Below are positions 1 to 8,157 of a stretch of DNA of 23,678 nt, piece by piece. A model generated the notes under the pieces. It saw only the letters and a list, made by a program, of their open reading frames with translations. It searched no databases and was not told the origin of the DNA. The stretch is from Bdellovibrionales bacterium. GTDB lineage: Bacteria > Bdellovibrionota > Bdellovibrionia > Bdellovibrionales > Bdellovibrionaceae. The stretch covers positions 1-23,678 of the forward strand of contig JANMPT010000033.1 of the NCBI GenBank assembly GCA_031370005.1, given 5' to 3'. Both the position numbers and the translations under genes were made by a program. The stretch's first letter is position 1. Each line of letters begins with the position of its first letter.

Positions 1-53
1 AAGTTTCTGAGAAAAAAGCAGCTACAGAGGAAACAGCGACTGCAGCGAACTAA
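1..53 (+). CDS. 3' end of a CDS entering from the left (...VSEKKAATEETATAAN*)
   Basis: Open frame from position 3 to TAA at 51-53 with an Ala/Glu/Thr-rich tail; product not identifiable. Confidence 0.4.
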   Translation, partial: VSEKKAATEETATAAN

Positions 54-218
54 CTTCAGAGATTGTCTTTACTGCCTAATCGTTTGCAATTCACAGAGTT
101 AATTCTCCGGAAGTGTCTTATGAAGCGCTGAACGCGTATTGACTCACAGTAAAAGGACACTTTGTAGAGTCCCTAGTTACCTGTTTATTCCTAAATCGTA
201 ACAAACTAGTTTTAGTGT

Positions 219-234
219 TGGCATGAAAGTCGCA
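219..234 (+). promoter_or_regulatory. Putative sigma54 -24/-12 promoter
   Basis: TGGCAT-GAAAG-TCGCA versus consensus TGGCAC-N5-TTGCW, with correct GG/GC spacing, upstream of CDS 317. Confidence 0.5.
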
Positions 235-316
235 TCACTTAGCGCTTGAATACCCGCGTAAGCTCAAACTAAAGGGAAATGAATCCCTAGGCTTTGCTGT
301 GGTAAGCGAGGATGTT

Positions 317-979
317 ATGAAAAATAAATCTGTACTAAATATTTTTATAGTAGTTGCCCTAACAATCGGGGCTTCAACCTCTGTTTTTGCTGCGGATGGA
401 TCGACTTGTGAAGGGAAATACAAAGTCAAAAGCATGGAGCTTCGTAAGCAAATCAATGACTTGGAAGTCCAGTGTTCGCATTTGACAGGTGCGCCAGCTG
501 GTCTTGAGTTAGCATTATCACGCCTTATGGGGGGATATGATACTACAGCATATGGTGGAGCATGCCCCATCGAGGCTTATGAGGGAATGCCCTTCAGTGA
601 ACAGCGGACAGCGAAGATCAAAGATATTCGGGCTAAACTTGACCAGCTTATGGGTCAGGACATAAATCTTAGAAGGGTGATGGTTTTAAAGTTTCCTAGA
701 GTATTTGTGTCTGACCCGAATAGACAGCAGATTATTAGTATGCTTAGGCAAGTTCTCAACGATCAGGTTGGTGACTCTCGAACAGATGATGACTGGATGG
801 TAAATGAACTTGTGCATGTGTTTCCAGAAAAAGAGTTGTGCGGCGAAGATAGCAAGTTAATGACTTTCACTAGCTTTATTCCGCGCTTTGTTCAAACAGC
901 TCGAACCAATCTCGACAAGATAGAAGCTCGCTTGATTGAGGCGCGGGAGAAAGACAAGCAAGTTTGGTTCAGAAGATAG
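317..979 (+). CDS. Hypothetical secreted protein
   Basis: ORF 299..979; better start is ATG 317 after GAGGA; signal peptide MKNKSVLNIFIVVALTIGASTSVFA. Confidence 0.75.
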   Translation: MKNKSVLNIFIVVALTIGASTSVFAADGSTCEGKYKVKSMELRKQINDLEVQCSHLTGAPAGLELALSRLMGGYDTTAYGGACPIEAYEGMPFSEQRTAKIKDIRAKLDQLMGQDINLRRVMVLKFPRVFVSDPNRQQIISMLRQVLNDQVGDSRTDDDWMVNELVHVFPEKELCGEDSKLMTFTSFIPRFVQTARTNLDKIEARLIEAREKDKQVWFRR

Positions 980-1069
980 GGGCTACTGACTGCCGGATTT
1001 TGTGATCAAAGAATTCGAAGCGTATTTACGTTGCGGGATATTGGCCCACGTTTTTTTGCGGGCCCGTCG

Positions 1070-1163
1070 CATGAGCGAAACAGTTGGAACCACAGACAAT
1101 CAGTGCGGAAATCAAAATGATTTCACTCCGCACATGGCTCAATTCTGGCTTGTTCTGCTCATG
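1070..1163 (+). other. Long imperfect stem-loop (rod with central bubble), intergenic or 5' UTR
   Basis: CATGAGC (1070) pairs with GCTCATG (ending 1163) and extends through G-U-rich pairs; apical GTGCGG-AAATCA-AAA-TGATTT..CCGCAC. Confidence 0.5.
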
Positions 1164-1183
1164 GGTTTAACAAATTAGGTGCC

Positions 1184-1597
1184 ATGATGCTGAAGCTTCC
1201 GTCCATTTTCCTGATATTGTCGTTTCTAACACTTCCTACTTTGGCTAAAAACCAATGTGGCTGCTCCCCAATACCAACAAGTAAGGCCTACATTGGAGCG
1301 GCTCGTAAGCGCCACATTATCGGTTATAGCATCGATTGGAGCTGTACCTACCGATGTATTAAGGACACTGACCTGAATGAGGCCCCATCAAGCGTGACGG
1401 GCGCCTATCATGGATATTATATTGGATCTGAAAATGGGACTGAAGGTATTTGCGAAGGAATGGTTTATAAGTCTGAATTCAGCGCAATGCTAAACCAGGA
1501 AGTTTATATGTATATGGGTGAAAACTTTAGCTTCAAGCCTTCCAAATCAAAGTCTGCAGATCTTAAAAAATGGGCCGAAACAAATAACTGCGATTAG
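1184..1597 (+). CDS. Small Cys-rich secreted hypothetical protein
   Basis: Signal peptide ending in TLA; six Cys in the mature part (CGC, CTYRC, GIC, NNC). Confidence 0.75.
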   Translation: MMLKLPSIFLILSFLTLPTLAKNQCGCSPIPTSKAYIGAARKRHIIGYSIDWSCTYRCIKDTDLNEAPSSVTGAYHGYYIGSENGTEGICEGMVYKSEFSAMLNQEVYMYMGENFSFKPSKSKSADLKKWAETNNCD

Positions 1598-1664
1598 ACA
1601 AATAGAGACCATAGTGTAGCTTCATTTGTCGCAAAAAAAGGATCGCAAAAGGCAGAAAACCCCC

Positions 1665-1693
1665 TTGCGGTTAAAAAACTGAAAGCGCATAAT
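1665..1693 (+). promoter_or_regulatory. Putative sigma70 promoter
   Basis: TTGCGG-N17-CATAAT; no long + strand ORF follows. Confidence 0.55.
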
Positions 1694-1699
1694 CATACA

Positions 1700-1845
1700 T
1701 GTAAAGAGAAATAGCCCCTAGCAGAGGAAGGATGGGAAAACTTAGGATCCAAGCGCATGAAGCTGACGATCTTGTAGACAACCCTAAAAGCCTCAGACTA
1801 AGCGGGCGATGAAGGAAGCGAAACGGCTTCCTTCATTCATTTGTG
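1700..1845 (+). ncRNA. Candidate sRNA or small-ORF transcript
   Basis: Bounded by the promoter at 1665-1693 and the hairpin at 1809-1836; five GGA triplets; holds a 26-aa ORF at 1732-1812. Confidence 0.4.
1809..1843 (+). terminator. Terminator-like hairpin
   Basis: Perfect 11-bp stem ATGAAGGAAGC/GCTTCCTTCAT with a 6-nt loop and a weak T-rich tail. Confidence 0.55.
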
Positions 1846-1889
1846 GGTACGTTTAATTAATCTTGGCACTAAGCCTGGTGAAATAAGTT

Positions 1890-2480
1890 TTAAATGACCT
1901 TCCAAAGTTTGCGGGTTTTACCAGAGATTTCAGCAACGAGTTGATCCCCGCGCACAAGCGCAGCCACGCCAGAGGGTGTTCCAGTCAGAAGAAGGTCCCC
2001 TGGGCAAACAGGAAAATGAGCAAGTAGATACTCCAACTGCTGCTCCAAGCTGAAAATCATCTGCGAAGTGTTTCCTTTTTGGCGAAGTTTGCCATTAACA
2101 GTAAGTGAAATATCAATTTTTTTCAGTTCCTCAAGTGACTGTAGGTCAAAAAAGTCTGACAAGGGGCAAGAGCCGGTGAAAGACTTTGCCAGTGTCCAAG
2201 GAGAGCCACTATCTTTCAATTTTTGTTGCAATGTGCGCTCAGTAAGATCAAGTGCAACGGCGGCTTTATCAACTTTAAGCTGATCGTTGAATTTTAAAGC
2301 CAACTCAACTTCGTGATGGACATTTTGGGCCCAACTTGGAATTGAAAACTCCTCAGTATTGACCACAGCTGTGCTGCCTGCTTTTAAAAAGATCAAGGGC
2401 TCTGTGGGGATTTCATTTCCAAGTTCTCTGGCGTGTTCACTGTAGTTTCTACCAATGGCCCAAATATTACGAATGATCAT
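1890..2480 (-). CDS. Fumarylacetoacetate hydrolase family protein
   Basis: GRNYSEHA, PLIFLK, HHEVEL, WTLAKSF and GDLLLTGTP motifs. Confidence 0.93.
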   Translation of the reverse strand: MIIRNIWAIGRNYSEHARELGNEIPTEPLIFLKAGSTAVVNTEEFSIPSWAQNVHHEVELALKFNDQLKVDKAAVALDLTERTLQQKLKDSGSPWTLAKSFTGSCPLSDFFDLQSLEELKKIDISLTVNGKLRQKGNTSQMIFSLEQQLEYLLAHFPVCPGDLLLTGTPSGVAALVRGDQLVAEISGKTRKLWKVI

Positions 2481-2971
2481 GATTTAATCCTGCTAAAAGT
2501 TTTTAGAATCCATAGCCCATTGATTACTTCAAAGTGCATGTATTGAGCCGGAGCCCAACTCCAATAAACGGGGGTCAGAAGATCAGTATCTGCTGGAATC
2601 ATTGAGATGGATTCTTCGATCCAATCATGGTGCGAGCAAAGATAAACGACATCATTTTTAGTAAATTTTTCCCCCAAAGTGTCTAATAAGTTTTGAACTC
2701 GAGCACGAAAGGCATTGCTATTTTCGGAAGGTGCTCTTTGATCCAAGTCACTAGTAACCTGCAGAGGACTCTTGCAAAACTTGGCGGCGAACCTAAAAGT
2801 ATTTTGTGCACGAATTCGTGGAGAGGTCAGAAACTGTGTGCCCTTTAAAAGATCGCCCTCGCGCATTAACTCCACAAGTTGAGCAGCTTGCTGACGCCCC
2901 AAGCTTGTGAGGTCGGGGTCCTCTATGGGAAGTGAGTCTTTTTGTCCATGGCGAAAAAGGTAGACATTCAT
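2477..2971 (-). CDS. Histidine phosphatase, SixA-like
   Basis: RHG motif (YLFRHGQK), LT..GRQQA, TSPRIRAQNT and CSH; probable start ATG 2971; 4-bp overlap with the FAH gene. Confidence 0.85.
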   Translation of the reverse strand: MNVYLFRHGQKDSLPIEDPDLTSLGRQQAAQLVELMREGDLLKGTQFLTSPRIRAQNTFRFAAKFCKSPLQVTSDLDQRAPSENSNAFRARVQNLLDTLGEKFTKNDVVYLCSHHDWIEESISMIPADTDLLTPVYWSWAPAQYMHFEVINGLWILKTFSRIKS

Positions 2972-2981
2972 AGTCTCAATA

Positions 2982-3010
2982 TTGCCTTTATTTCGGGTCT
3001 TTGATACCTT
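2982..3010 (+). promoter_or_regulatory. Putative sigma70-type promoter of hslO
   Basis: TTGCCT-N17-TACCTT with an extended -10 TG. Confidence 0.45.
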
Positions 3011-3037
3011 TGACACTCACTGTCTGGAGAGTGTCAT
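3010..3037. promoter_or_regulatory. CIRCE-like inverted repeat over the hslO leader, SD and start
   Basis: TGACACTC-N10-GAGTGTCA versus CIRCE TTAGCACTC-N9-GAGTGCTAA. Confidence 0.45.
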
Positions 3038-3932
3038 GAAAGAAAAAGTTCACCGCTTTGTTTCCAACGATTTCACAATTCGCATCGCAGCGGTGAATTC
3101 CACGGCAGTCGTGGCAGAAATGCAGAAGTTGCAACAGACGTATCCCCTTCCGACGGTGGCTGTTGGGCGTGCTATGACCGGCGCACTTTTAATGGCCAGT
3201 CATCTCAAAGAAGGTCAACAAGTTGGCCTCTATTTTAAAGCCAATGGTCCTTTGACTGCGGTTTATGCTGAAGCCAGTTTTGAAGGCAAGGTACGTGGAT
3301 ACACTCCAGTACCCGCATTTGAGCCTGCAAATTATGATAATGGTTTGAAGTTAGCCCCTCATATGGGACAAGGGATTCTCAACGTCACACGCCATTTGCC
3401 ATTTCAAAAACAACCACACAACGGAACTGTGGAAATGGTCAGCGGCGAAATTGGCGATGATATTGCTCATTATCTAATTCAATCCCATCAGATTCGAAGT
3501 CTCGTGTCTTTGGGTGTTTACTTGGATACCTATGGACAAGTTCGCGCTGCCGGCGGAGTCGTTCTAGAGGTGATGCCGGGAGTCGAAGAGTCCTTAGTGA
3601 TGAAAATTCAAAAAAATGCAGAAGCTTTTAAAGAGAACATTTCTAAAATGCTTCTTGATGGTGCCACACCGATTGACTTGGTAAAGCCATATTTGGATGG
3701 CATTCCCTTCACGGAGCTAGAGCATGTGCACAATGTTGAGTACTTCTGCCCATGCACCAAAGAGCGGGTTGTTCGGGCCATTGAAACGCTTGGTATTGAA
3801 GAGTTGGCAGATATGATTTTAAAAAACGAGCCCGCCGAAGTGGTTTGCCAGATGTGTGGTCGCCCTTATAAGGTTTCAGTCGAGGAGCTGGCTGAGCTCA
3901 AGGAAGAGCTTCACAAGGGCGGCTTGCACTAG
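3036..3932 (+). CDS. hslO: Hsp33 redox-regulated chaperone
   Basis: C-terminal CPC...CQMC zinc motif, plus SGEIGDDIAHYL and AAGG motifs; start ATG 3036 after GGAGAG. Confidence 0.95.
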   Translation: MKEKVHRFVSNDFTIRIAAVNSTAVVAEMQKLQQTYPLPTVAVGRAMTGALLMASHLKEGQQVGLYFKANGPLTAVYAEASFEGKVRGYTPVPAFEPANYDNGLKLAPHMGQGILNVTRHLPFQKQPHNGTVEMVSGEIGDDIAHYLIQSHQIRSLVSLGVYLDTYGQVRAAGGVVLEVMPGVEESLVMKIQKNAEAFKENISKMLLDGATPIDLVKPYLDGIPFTELEHVHNVEYFCPCTKERVVRAIETLGIEELADMILKNEPAEVVCQMCGRPYKVSVEELAELKEELHKGGLH

Positions 3933-3960
3933 ACTTACATCCTGTTTGAGACGGAAGGTC

Positions 3961-3988
3961 TCAAGAGTCTTGGCCATTAAGACGATAA
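3961..3988 (+). promoter_or_regulatory. Putative sigma28 (FliA)-like promoter
   Basis: TCAAG-N15-GACGATAA, 8 nt before ATG 3997; overlaps the inverted repeat TTGAGAC-N5-GTCTCAA (3946-3964). Confidence 0.45.
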
Positions 3989-3996
3989 AAGTACGT

Positions 3997-5577
3997 ATGT
4001 TTCTGATTCCATTAGGACTCCAAAGCCGAATTGTTCAGTGGCCCATCGCAACTGGACTAATTGTATTGGCAACTGTTGTTGTCTCGGTTTTTTATTTTTC
4101 TGAAAATGTTCAATATATTCATCATGTTCGTCAGGCAATGATTGACTCAAGAATTCTCGAGGCACGCAAAAATTTAATCATTGATTCTTGTTCACTTAAG
4201 CATAAGGAAGATGTCTGTAATTTTATAAAAGGCAATCTTAAAGGAGATGATCTTTTTGATTTAAAAGCTTTTATAAAATCTTATCAGAAGGAGTTTCCAA
4301 AGACTTCGTACATGGCCACGCGCTCACTGATTAGTTGGCTCTCCGATGATCGTATCGATAGGCAACTTAAAAATACCGATTTAATAAACTCATCGAGTTA
4401 TCAAGAGTATTTGAATACACGCGAACTATACTTGCAAAAAAGTCTTGAGCAATCCAAAGCAGATCATATTTTTATTCGCGGCAATGCTAAGCTCATAGCG
4501 TCTCTTAAGGCATTGGCAACTCATGAGGGTTGGGTTCATCTCATTGGCAGTATGTTGATCTTCAGCATATTTGCTGTCTTCTTGGAGCAGAGAATTGGTT
4601 TCTTTGGAATTATACTTTTATATCTTCTTGGTGGCTTAGGTTCGAATTATTTACAACTGCCATTCTTGCCCATGGGAATGCGCCTGTTCGGGGCTTCAGG
4701 CGCAGTCAGTGCTGTCATTGGTTCTTTTGCGGTTTACTTCTGGCGCGAGAAAATGCGTTGCCTAATGAGTGTGGGCTTTATTTATAATCGCATGATTTTT
4801 TTGCCTGCTTGGCTTTATGTTGGATTTTTTCTAATCCTCAGTGATGTTGTAGGTATGATCGGGTCGGGTGGTGAAGTTGCACACTTGGCACACCTCACTG
4901 GCTTTATGTTGGGCTTTATCTTTGCCTATATGCAAATGGATCTTTTTCCATTAAAGAAGAGTTTTCTCTTTGCTCAGGAACAAAAACTTTATTATGAAAC
5001 CAAAGAAGCCAAGACTTTAGAAGAAAAGATGGAAATATTTCGTCGTATCTATAGTCTTAATAAGGAAAGCTTCTATTCTTTTCGCGGACTTTTTATTTAT
5101 TTCTGTAAGCAAGACTATTTGCTGACAAAATTTACAGATGAAGATCTGGAATTTATCACGGAAATTACCCGGAACTGTTTTTTGTATTCAGAGCGAAATG
5201 AAAAGCAAGATATCGTACGAGAAATTCTCGGGATGATTCCGCTGACCTGGAATTTGTCGACTTTAGATTTGAGAATCGGTCCTGATGAAATCATTCAAAG
5301 GGCCGAACAGTTTCGACTCGAGGGTGATTTGATGCAAGCTTTGCGTTTTTATGATATGTTCTTTGCAAAGTTTGCTATTCATCCCCATGCGCAGGAAATC
5401 AATTCAGAGGTTATGAAGATTTTTGATCAGGTTGAAAAATTCGATTTAGAGATTAAAACGCAAGTTCTAGATGCTTTACTGATTTACGCTGATAACCATC
5501 CGGATAATCACTTTCAAACGCAGATTCGTCAACTGATACATCAAGTTCATCGAGAGGAAAAAAGTGCAGCGAGCTAG
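3997..5577 (+). CDS. Rhomboid intramembrane serine protease with a large loop insert and C-terminal helical domain
   Basis: HEGWVHLIGSM, catalytic GASGA and AHLAHLTG motifs; start reassigned to ATG 3997 (MFLIPLG) because the longer ORF overlaps hslO. Confidence 0.88.
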   Translation: MFLIPLGLQSRIVQWPIATGLIVLATVVVSVFYFSENVQYIHHVRQAMIDSRILEARKNLIIDSCSLKHKEDVCNFIKGNLKGDDLFDLKAFIKSYQKEFPKTSYMATRSLISWLSDDRIDRQLKNTDLINSSSYQEYLNTRELYLQKSLEQSKADHIFIRGNAKLIASLKALATHEGWVHLIGSMLIFSIFAVFLEQRIGFFGIILLYLLGGLGSNYLQLPFLPMGMRLFGASGAVSAVIGSFAVYFWREKMRCLMSVGFIYNRMIFLPAWLYVGFFLILSDVVGMIGSGGEVAHLAHLTGFMLGFIFAYMQMDLFPLKKSFLFAQEQKLYYETKEAKTLEEKMEIFRRIYSLNKESFYSFRGLFIYFCKQDYLLTKFTDEDLEFITEITRNCFLYSERNEKQDIVREILGMIPLTWNLSTLDLRIGPDEIIQRAEQFRLEGDLMQALRFYDMFFAKFAIHPHAQEINSEVMKIFDQVEKFDLEIKTQVLDALLIYADNHPDNHFQTQIRQLIHQVHREEKSAAS

Positions 5578-7624
5578 TATTTCCTCTCGGTTTTCTGCAA
5601 TGAATTTAGACATGATTATTTTTGTAGTCATTTGGCAGTCCCTCAGTATGTTATCTGAGAGGGTGGCCCCAGGTCTGGCGACACCGCTGAGTTCTGTCAT
5701 ATTGAGCTTTCTCACTGTGATCCTTTACTTTGTCTATCCAACGAAGGCCTCTGGTCAAACTTTAGGAAAGAAACTACTTTCTGTGAAGGTGGTCCCCTCG
5801 GCAGGTGATAAGCTGCCTTTGACATGGGGCCAAGTTTTTTTACGTGAGATCGTGGGTAAAACACTTGGGACCATTCCACTTTATTTGGGATATATATGGG
5901 CCTATACAAATTCTGATCATAGGGCTTGGCATGATTCCATGAGCCACACCCATGTTATTTCATTAATATGGGAAGATGAAAAAACGCCTTTACAGAAACT
6001 CCAGCATATCATGCTGGGAATTCTTTCGATTCCTCTGGGTGTGGCTTTGATTTTGGGTATTTTCTTTTATACGTCTCTACCATTGGATTCGATTAAGGAG
6101 AAAATTGAGGCCTCCGGTATTCAAGTTGGAGCTCTCACTGGTAGTTTAGCGGGCGGTTTGCATTTTTCTCAGATCAGCCGTCAAGACAAGGGTCAGGCTT
6201 TCTCATTAAGTACAGTAGATGTAAAATTTAATCTGGCTGCTTTGGCCATCGATCGAATTTTCATTATTGAAAAACTGACTGCGGAAGAAGGTCACATTGA
6301 AGTTCCCGAGGGCTTCTCTTGGGCCACGATTTTTTTAAATCTTATGGCTTTGGGTCAAATCCAAAATCAAGAGACCAGTCTTGGCAACTTTAGGATGGGC
6401 AAACTACAAATTAAAAACATCTTCTTCGAGCACAATAAAAAAGCTATCATGCAGCTGCAGGAGTTTACCCTTAAGAATCTTGAAATTGCAGATAAAGAAT
6501 TACGTATCAATGAAGCGCAATTTCAAATCAGTGGCCTGAGCATTAAAGTTGAGGACTTCAAATCTGCTTTTGGCCGCATTGAAGTAGCTAGTGCCACCGG
6601 GGGAGTGGGGCCTGATTTTCTTCCAATTTTAAAAGTGCCTGTGGATTTTCACATCAAGGGCAGCATTGGTAAAAATCTGAAAACCACGCGGCTTGATGGT
6701 GGCATGATGATAGATAAGATTAAATTCAGTGTTGAGAATGAAAAACTCACAGTGAACGTCGATAAGTTGCTTTTGAATGAAATGTTTAAGACGGCGCTGC
6801 CTCTTGAAGAGTTGGATTTAAAACTATCTTCCCAGGGCGAAAATGCATTGGAAATGATGTCTTCTTTAAATGTTGAATACGGAATTAAAGTTTGCGGCAA
6901 TGAGTTTAGGCCAGATGCCGAAAGGGGCTCAATTTATACTCGGGGGGATCATGAGTTCACCTTTAGAGTGATCCCGAAACCAGTTCCTGATTTTGGAAAA
7001 ATGGCTTTTAACAAAGAAGCTACTTTGGATGATCTCTTACTTTATGAACTGCATGGCCAAAAACAGACTTTAGCCGACTTTAGCTCTCCTCGAGAGATGC
7101 TGGCAGATCTTTGCTACCAAAAGGCATTGGCGAACTTGTTACCAGAAGAGCTTGAACATCTAAGGCCTTTGGAAATGGCCACAGCTACAGTCTCAGCCTC
7201 TTCGACTCCTCCAGCTTTTGTTTCAGCAGAACTTGCTCGCAGAGGTGCCAGTGAAGCTAGGAATCTTCTGCGACTTGGAAAATACAATGAGGTCATAGCC
7301 TTACTTGAAGCCGTGCCTATTTCTTCGGAGACCTTCCCTGTGGCGGAACGGGGGATTTTCTATAGCTTAAAAGCTTGGGCGTATCTTTATACTAATCAAT
7401 TGGCGGAAGCCGCTCAGACATTCGAACTGGCCTTTAATGCTCGTAAAGACATTAGTGATGCTGAAGGGCTTTTACGAGCCTACGAAGCCATGAAAAAAGA
7501 TGAGGAAGCTCAGAGGTGGCTTGGTTATATTAAAGTCGCCATCAAAGCGAATCCAGCATTGAAGACTCACTTAACTCCGAATATGCAAAAGAAATTAACC
7601 AGTAGTGGTCTTGCCGCCGAATAG
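5564..7624 (+). CDS. RDD-domain membrane protein with TamB/AsmA-like middle region and C-terminal TPR
   Basis: RDD signature (RFSAMNLD, GQTLGKKLL, RAWHD); TM segment, then LTGSLAGGLHF beta-rich region; TPR-like tail; GTG start overlapping the rhomboid gene. Confidence 0.75.
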   Translation: MQRASISSRFSAMNLDMIIFVVIWQSLSMLSERVAPGLATPLSSVILSFLTVILYFVYPTKASGQTLGKKLLSVKVVPSAGDKLPLTWGQVFLREIVGKTLGTIPLYLGYIWAYTNSDHRAWHDSMSHTHVISLIWEDEKTPLQKLQHIMLGILSIPLGVALILGIFFYTSLPLDSIKEKIEASGIQVGALTGSLAGGLHFSQISRQDKGQAFSLSTVDVKFNLAALAIDRIFIIEKLTAEEGHIEVPEGFSWATIFLNLMALGQIQNQETSLGNFRMGKLQIKNIFFEHNKKAIMQLQEFTLKNLEIADKELRINEAQFQISGLSIKVEDFKSAFGRIEVASATGGVGPDFLPILKVPVDFHIKGSIGKNLKTTRLDGGMMIDKIKFSVENEKLTVNVDKLLLNEMFKTALPLEELDLKLSSQGENALEMMSSLNVEYGIKVCGNEFRPDAERGSIYTRGDHEFTFRVIPKPVPDFGKMAFNKEATLDDLLLYELHGQKQTLADFSSPREMLADLCYQKALANLLPEELEHLRPLEMATATVSASSTPPAFVSAELARRGASEARNLLRLGKYNEVIALLEAVPISSETFPVAERGIFYSLKAWAYLYTNQLAEAAQTFELAFNARKDISDAEGLLRAYEAMKKDEEAQRWLGYIKVAIKANPALKTHLTPNMQKKLTSSGLAAE

Positions 7625-7631
7625 CATTTTC

Positions 7632-7760
7632 ACATATCGCGACAAGCCGGGGTGGGGAGCATTTTCTGCTTCCTCCGGCCGATAGGTGGGATGGTGAGTT
7701 GATATGGTCAGCCCGCTGGGTTCCACGACTGTGGAGGGGCTGGGTAAGTTACTAATATGT
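7632..7760 (+). ncRNA. Candidate structured RNA (closing stem plus two bulged hairpins)
   Basis: G-rich island; hairpins at 7646-7679 and 7708-7743 with several G-U pairs; closing ACATAT/ATATGT. Confidence 0.45.
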
Positions 7761-7977
7761 ATGAGCAAAGGTCGTACCATATATAAATCACAAGTAATTT
7801 CAATGCGTTAAGGCAATGGTCCCATTCTGCCCATGGGCCACGAAGCCTAACTAATTAAAATCAGTGAATTTTTGTCTCTAGATAAGGACTTATGGTAGCC
7901 ATAGAAATTCCTATTTTGACTTGAACAATTCGCGGCTCTGCCCCTGTTAGAAAACAAACAGGTCTATTCACTTGAAA

Positions 7978-7990
7978 AATCAATAATTTA
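7978..7990 (+). promoter_or_regulatory. IHF consensus site
   Basis: AATCAA-TAAT-TTA matches WATCAR-N4-TTR; near matches at 7798-7810 and 8075-8087. Confidence 0.45.
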
Positions 7991-8114
7991 GAGGTTTTCA
8001 GCAAAATTTTTTTGAGAATAAACGGCTGTCTGGCTAAATGAAAAAAAACTATATAAAAGGTAAAAACATAATTAACTCAAATAGTTACATAATAATTTTT
8101 TGATTTTAATTCCT

Positions 8115-8130
8115 TGGCCTCGGACTTGAT
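8115..8130 (+). promoter_or_regulatory. Putative sigma54 promoter
   Basis: TGGCCT-N5-TTGAT (deviant -12 element), 27 nt before the matrixin ATG. Confidence 0.4.
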
Positions 8131-8157
8131 ATGTAAATCAGCAGGAGAGTCTAACTC

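Noticed and set aside
71..1030. Degenerate direct repeat (ACTGCC...TTTG...GCGTATT) on both sides of CDS 317
   Set aside because: Requires many gaps and is not distinguishable from chance by eye
1785..1812. c-di-GMP-I riboswitch-like AAAGCC...CTAA
   Set aside because: The P2 GNRA hairpin and GACGC junction are absent
7664..7690. SRP RNA-like motif CGGCCGGAGGAAGCAG on the minus strand
   Set aside because: Lacks the exact CAGG-stem-GNRA-stem-AGCA geometry and the long flanking helix; G-U pairing favours the + strand
7632..7760. Retron msr-msd (terminal inverted repeat enclosing hairpins)
   Set aside because: No reverse transcriptase in the window and the terminal repeat is only 6 bp
7595..7780. 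61-aa minus-strand ORF
   Set aside because: Pro-rich because of the antisense G-runs, no SD, and overlaps the RDD gene end
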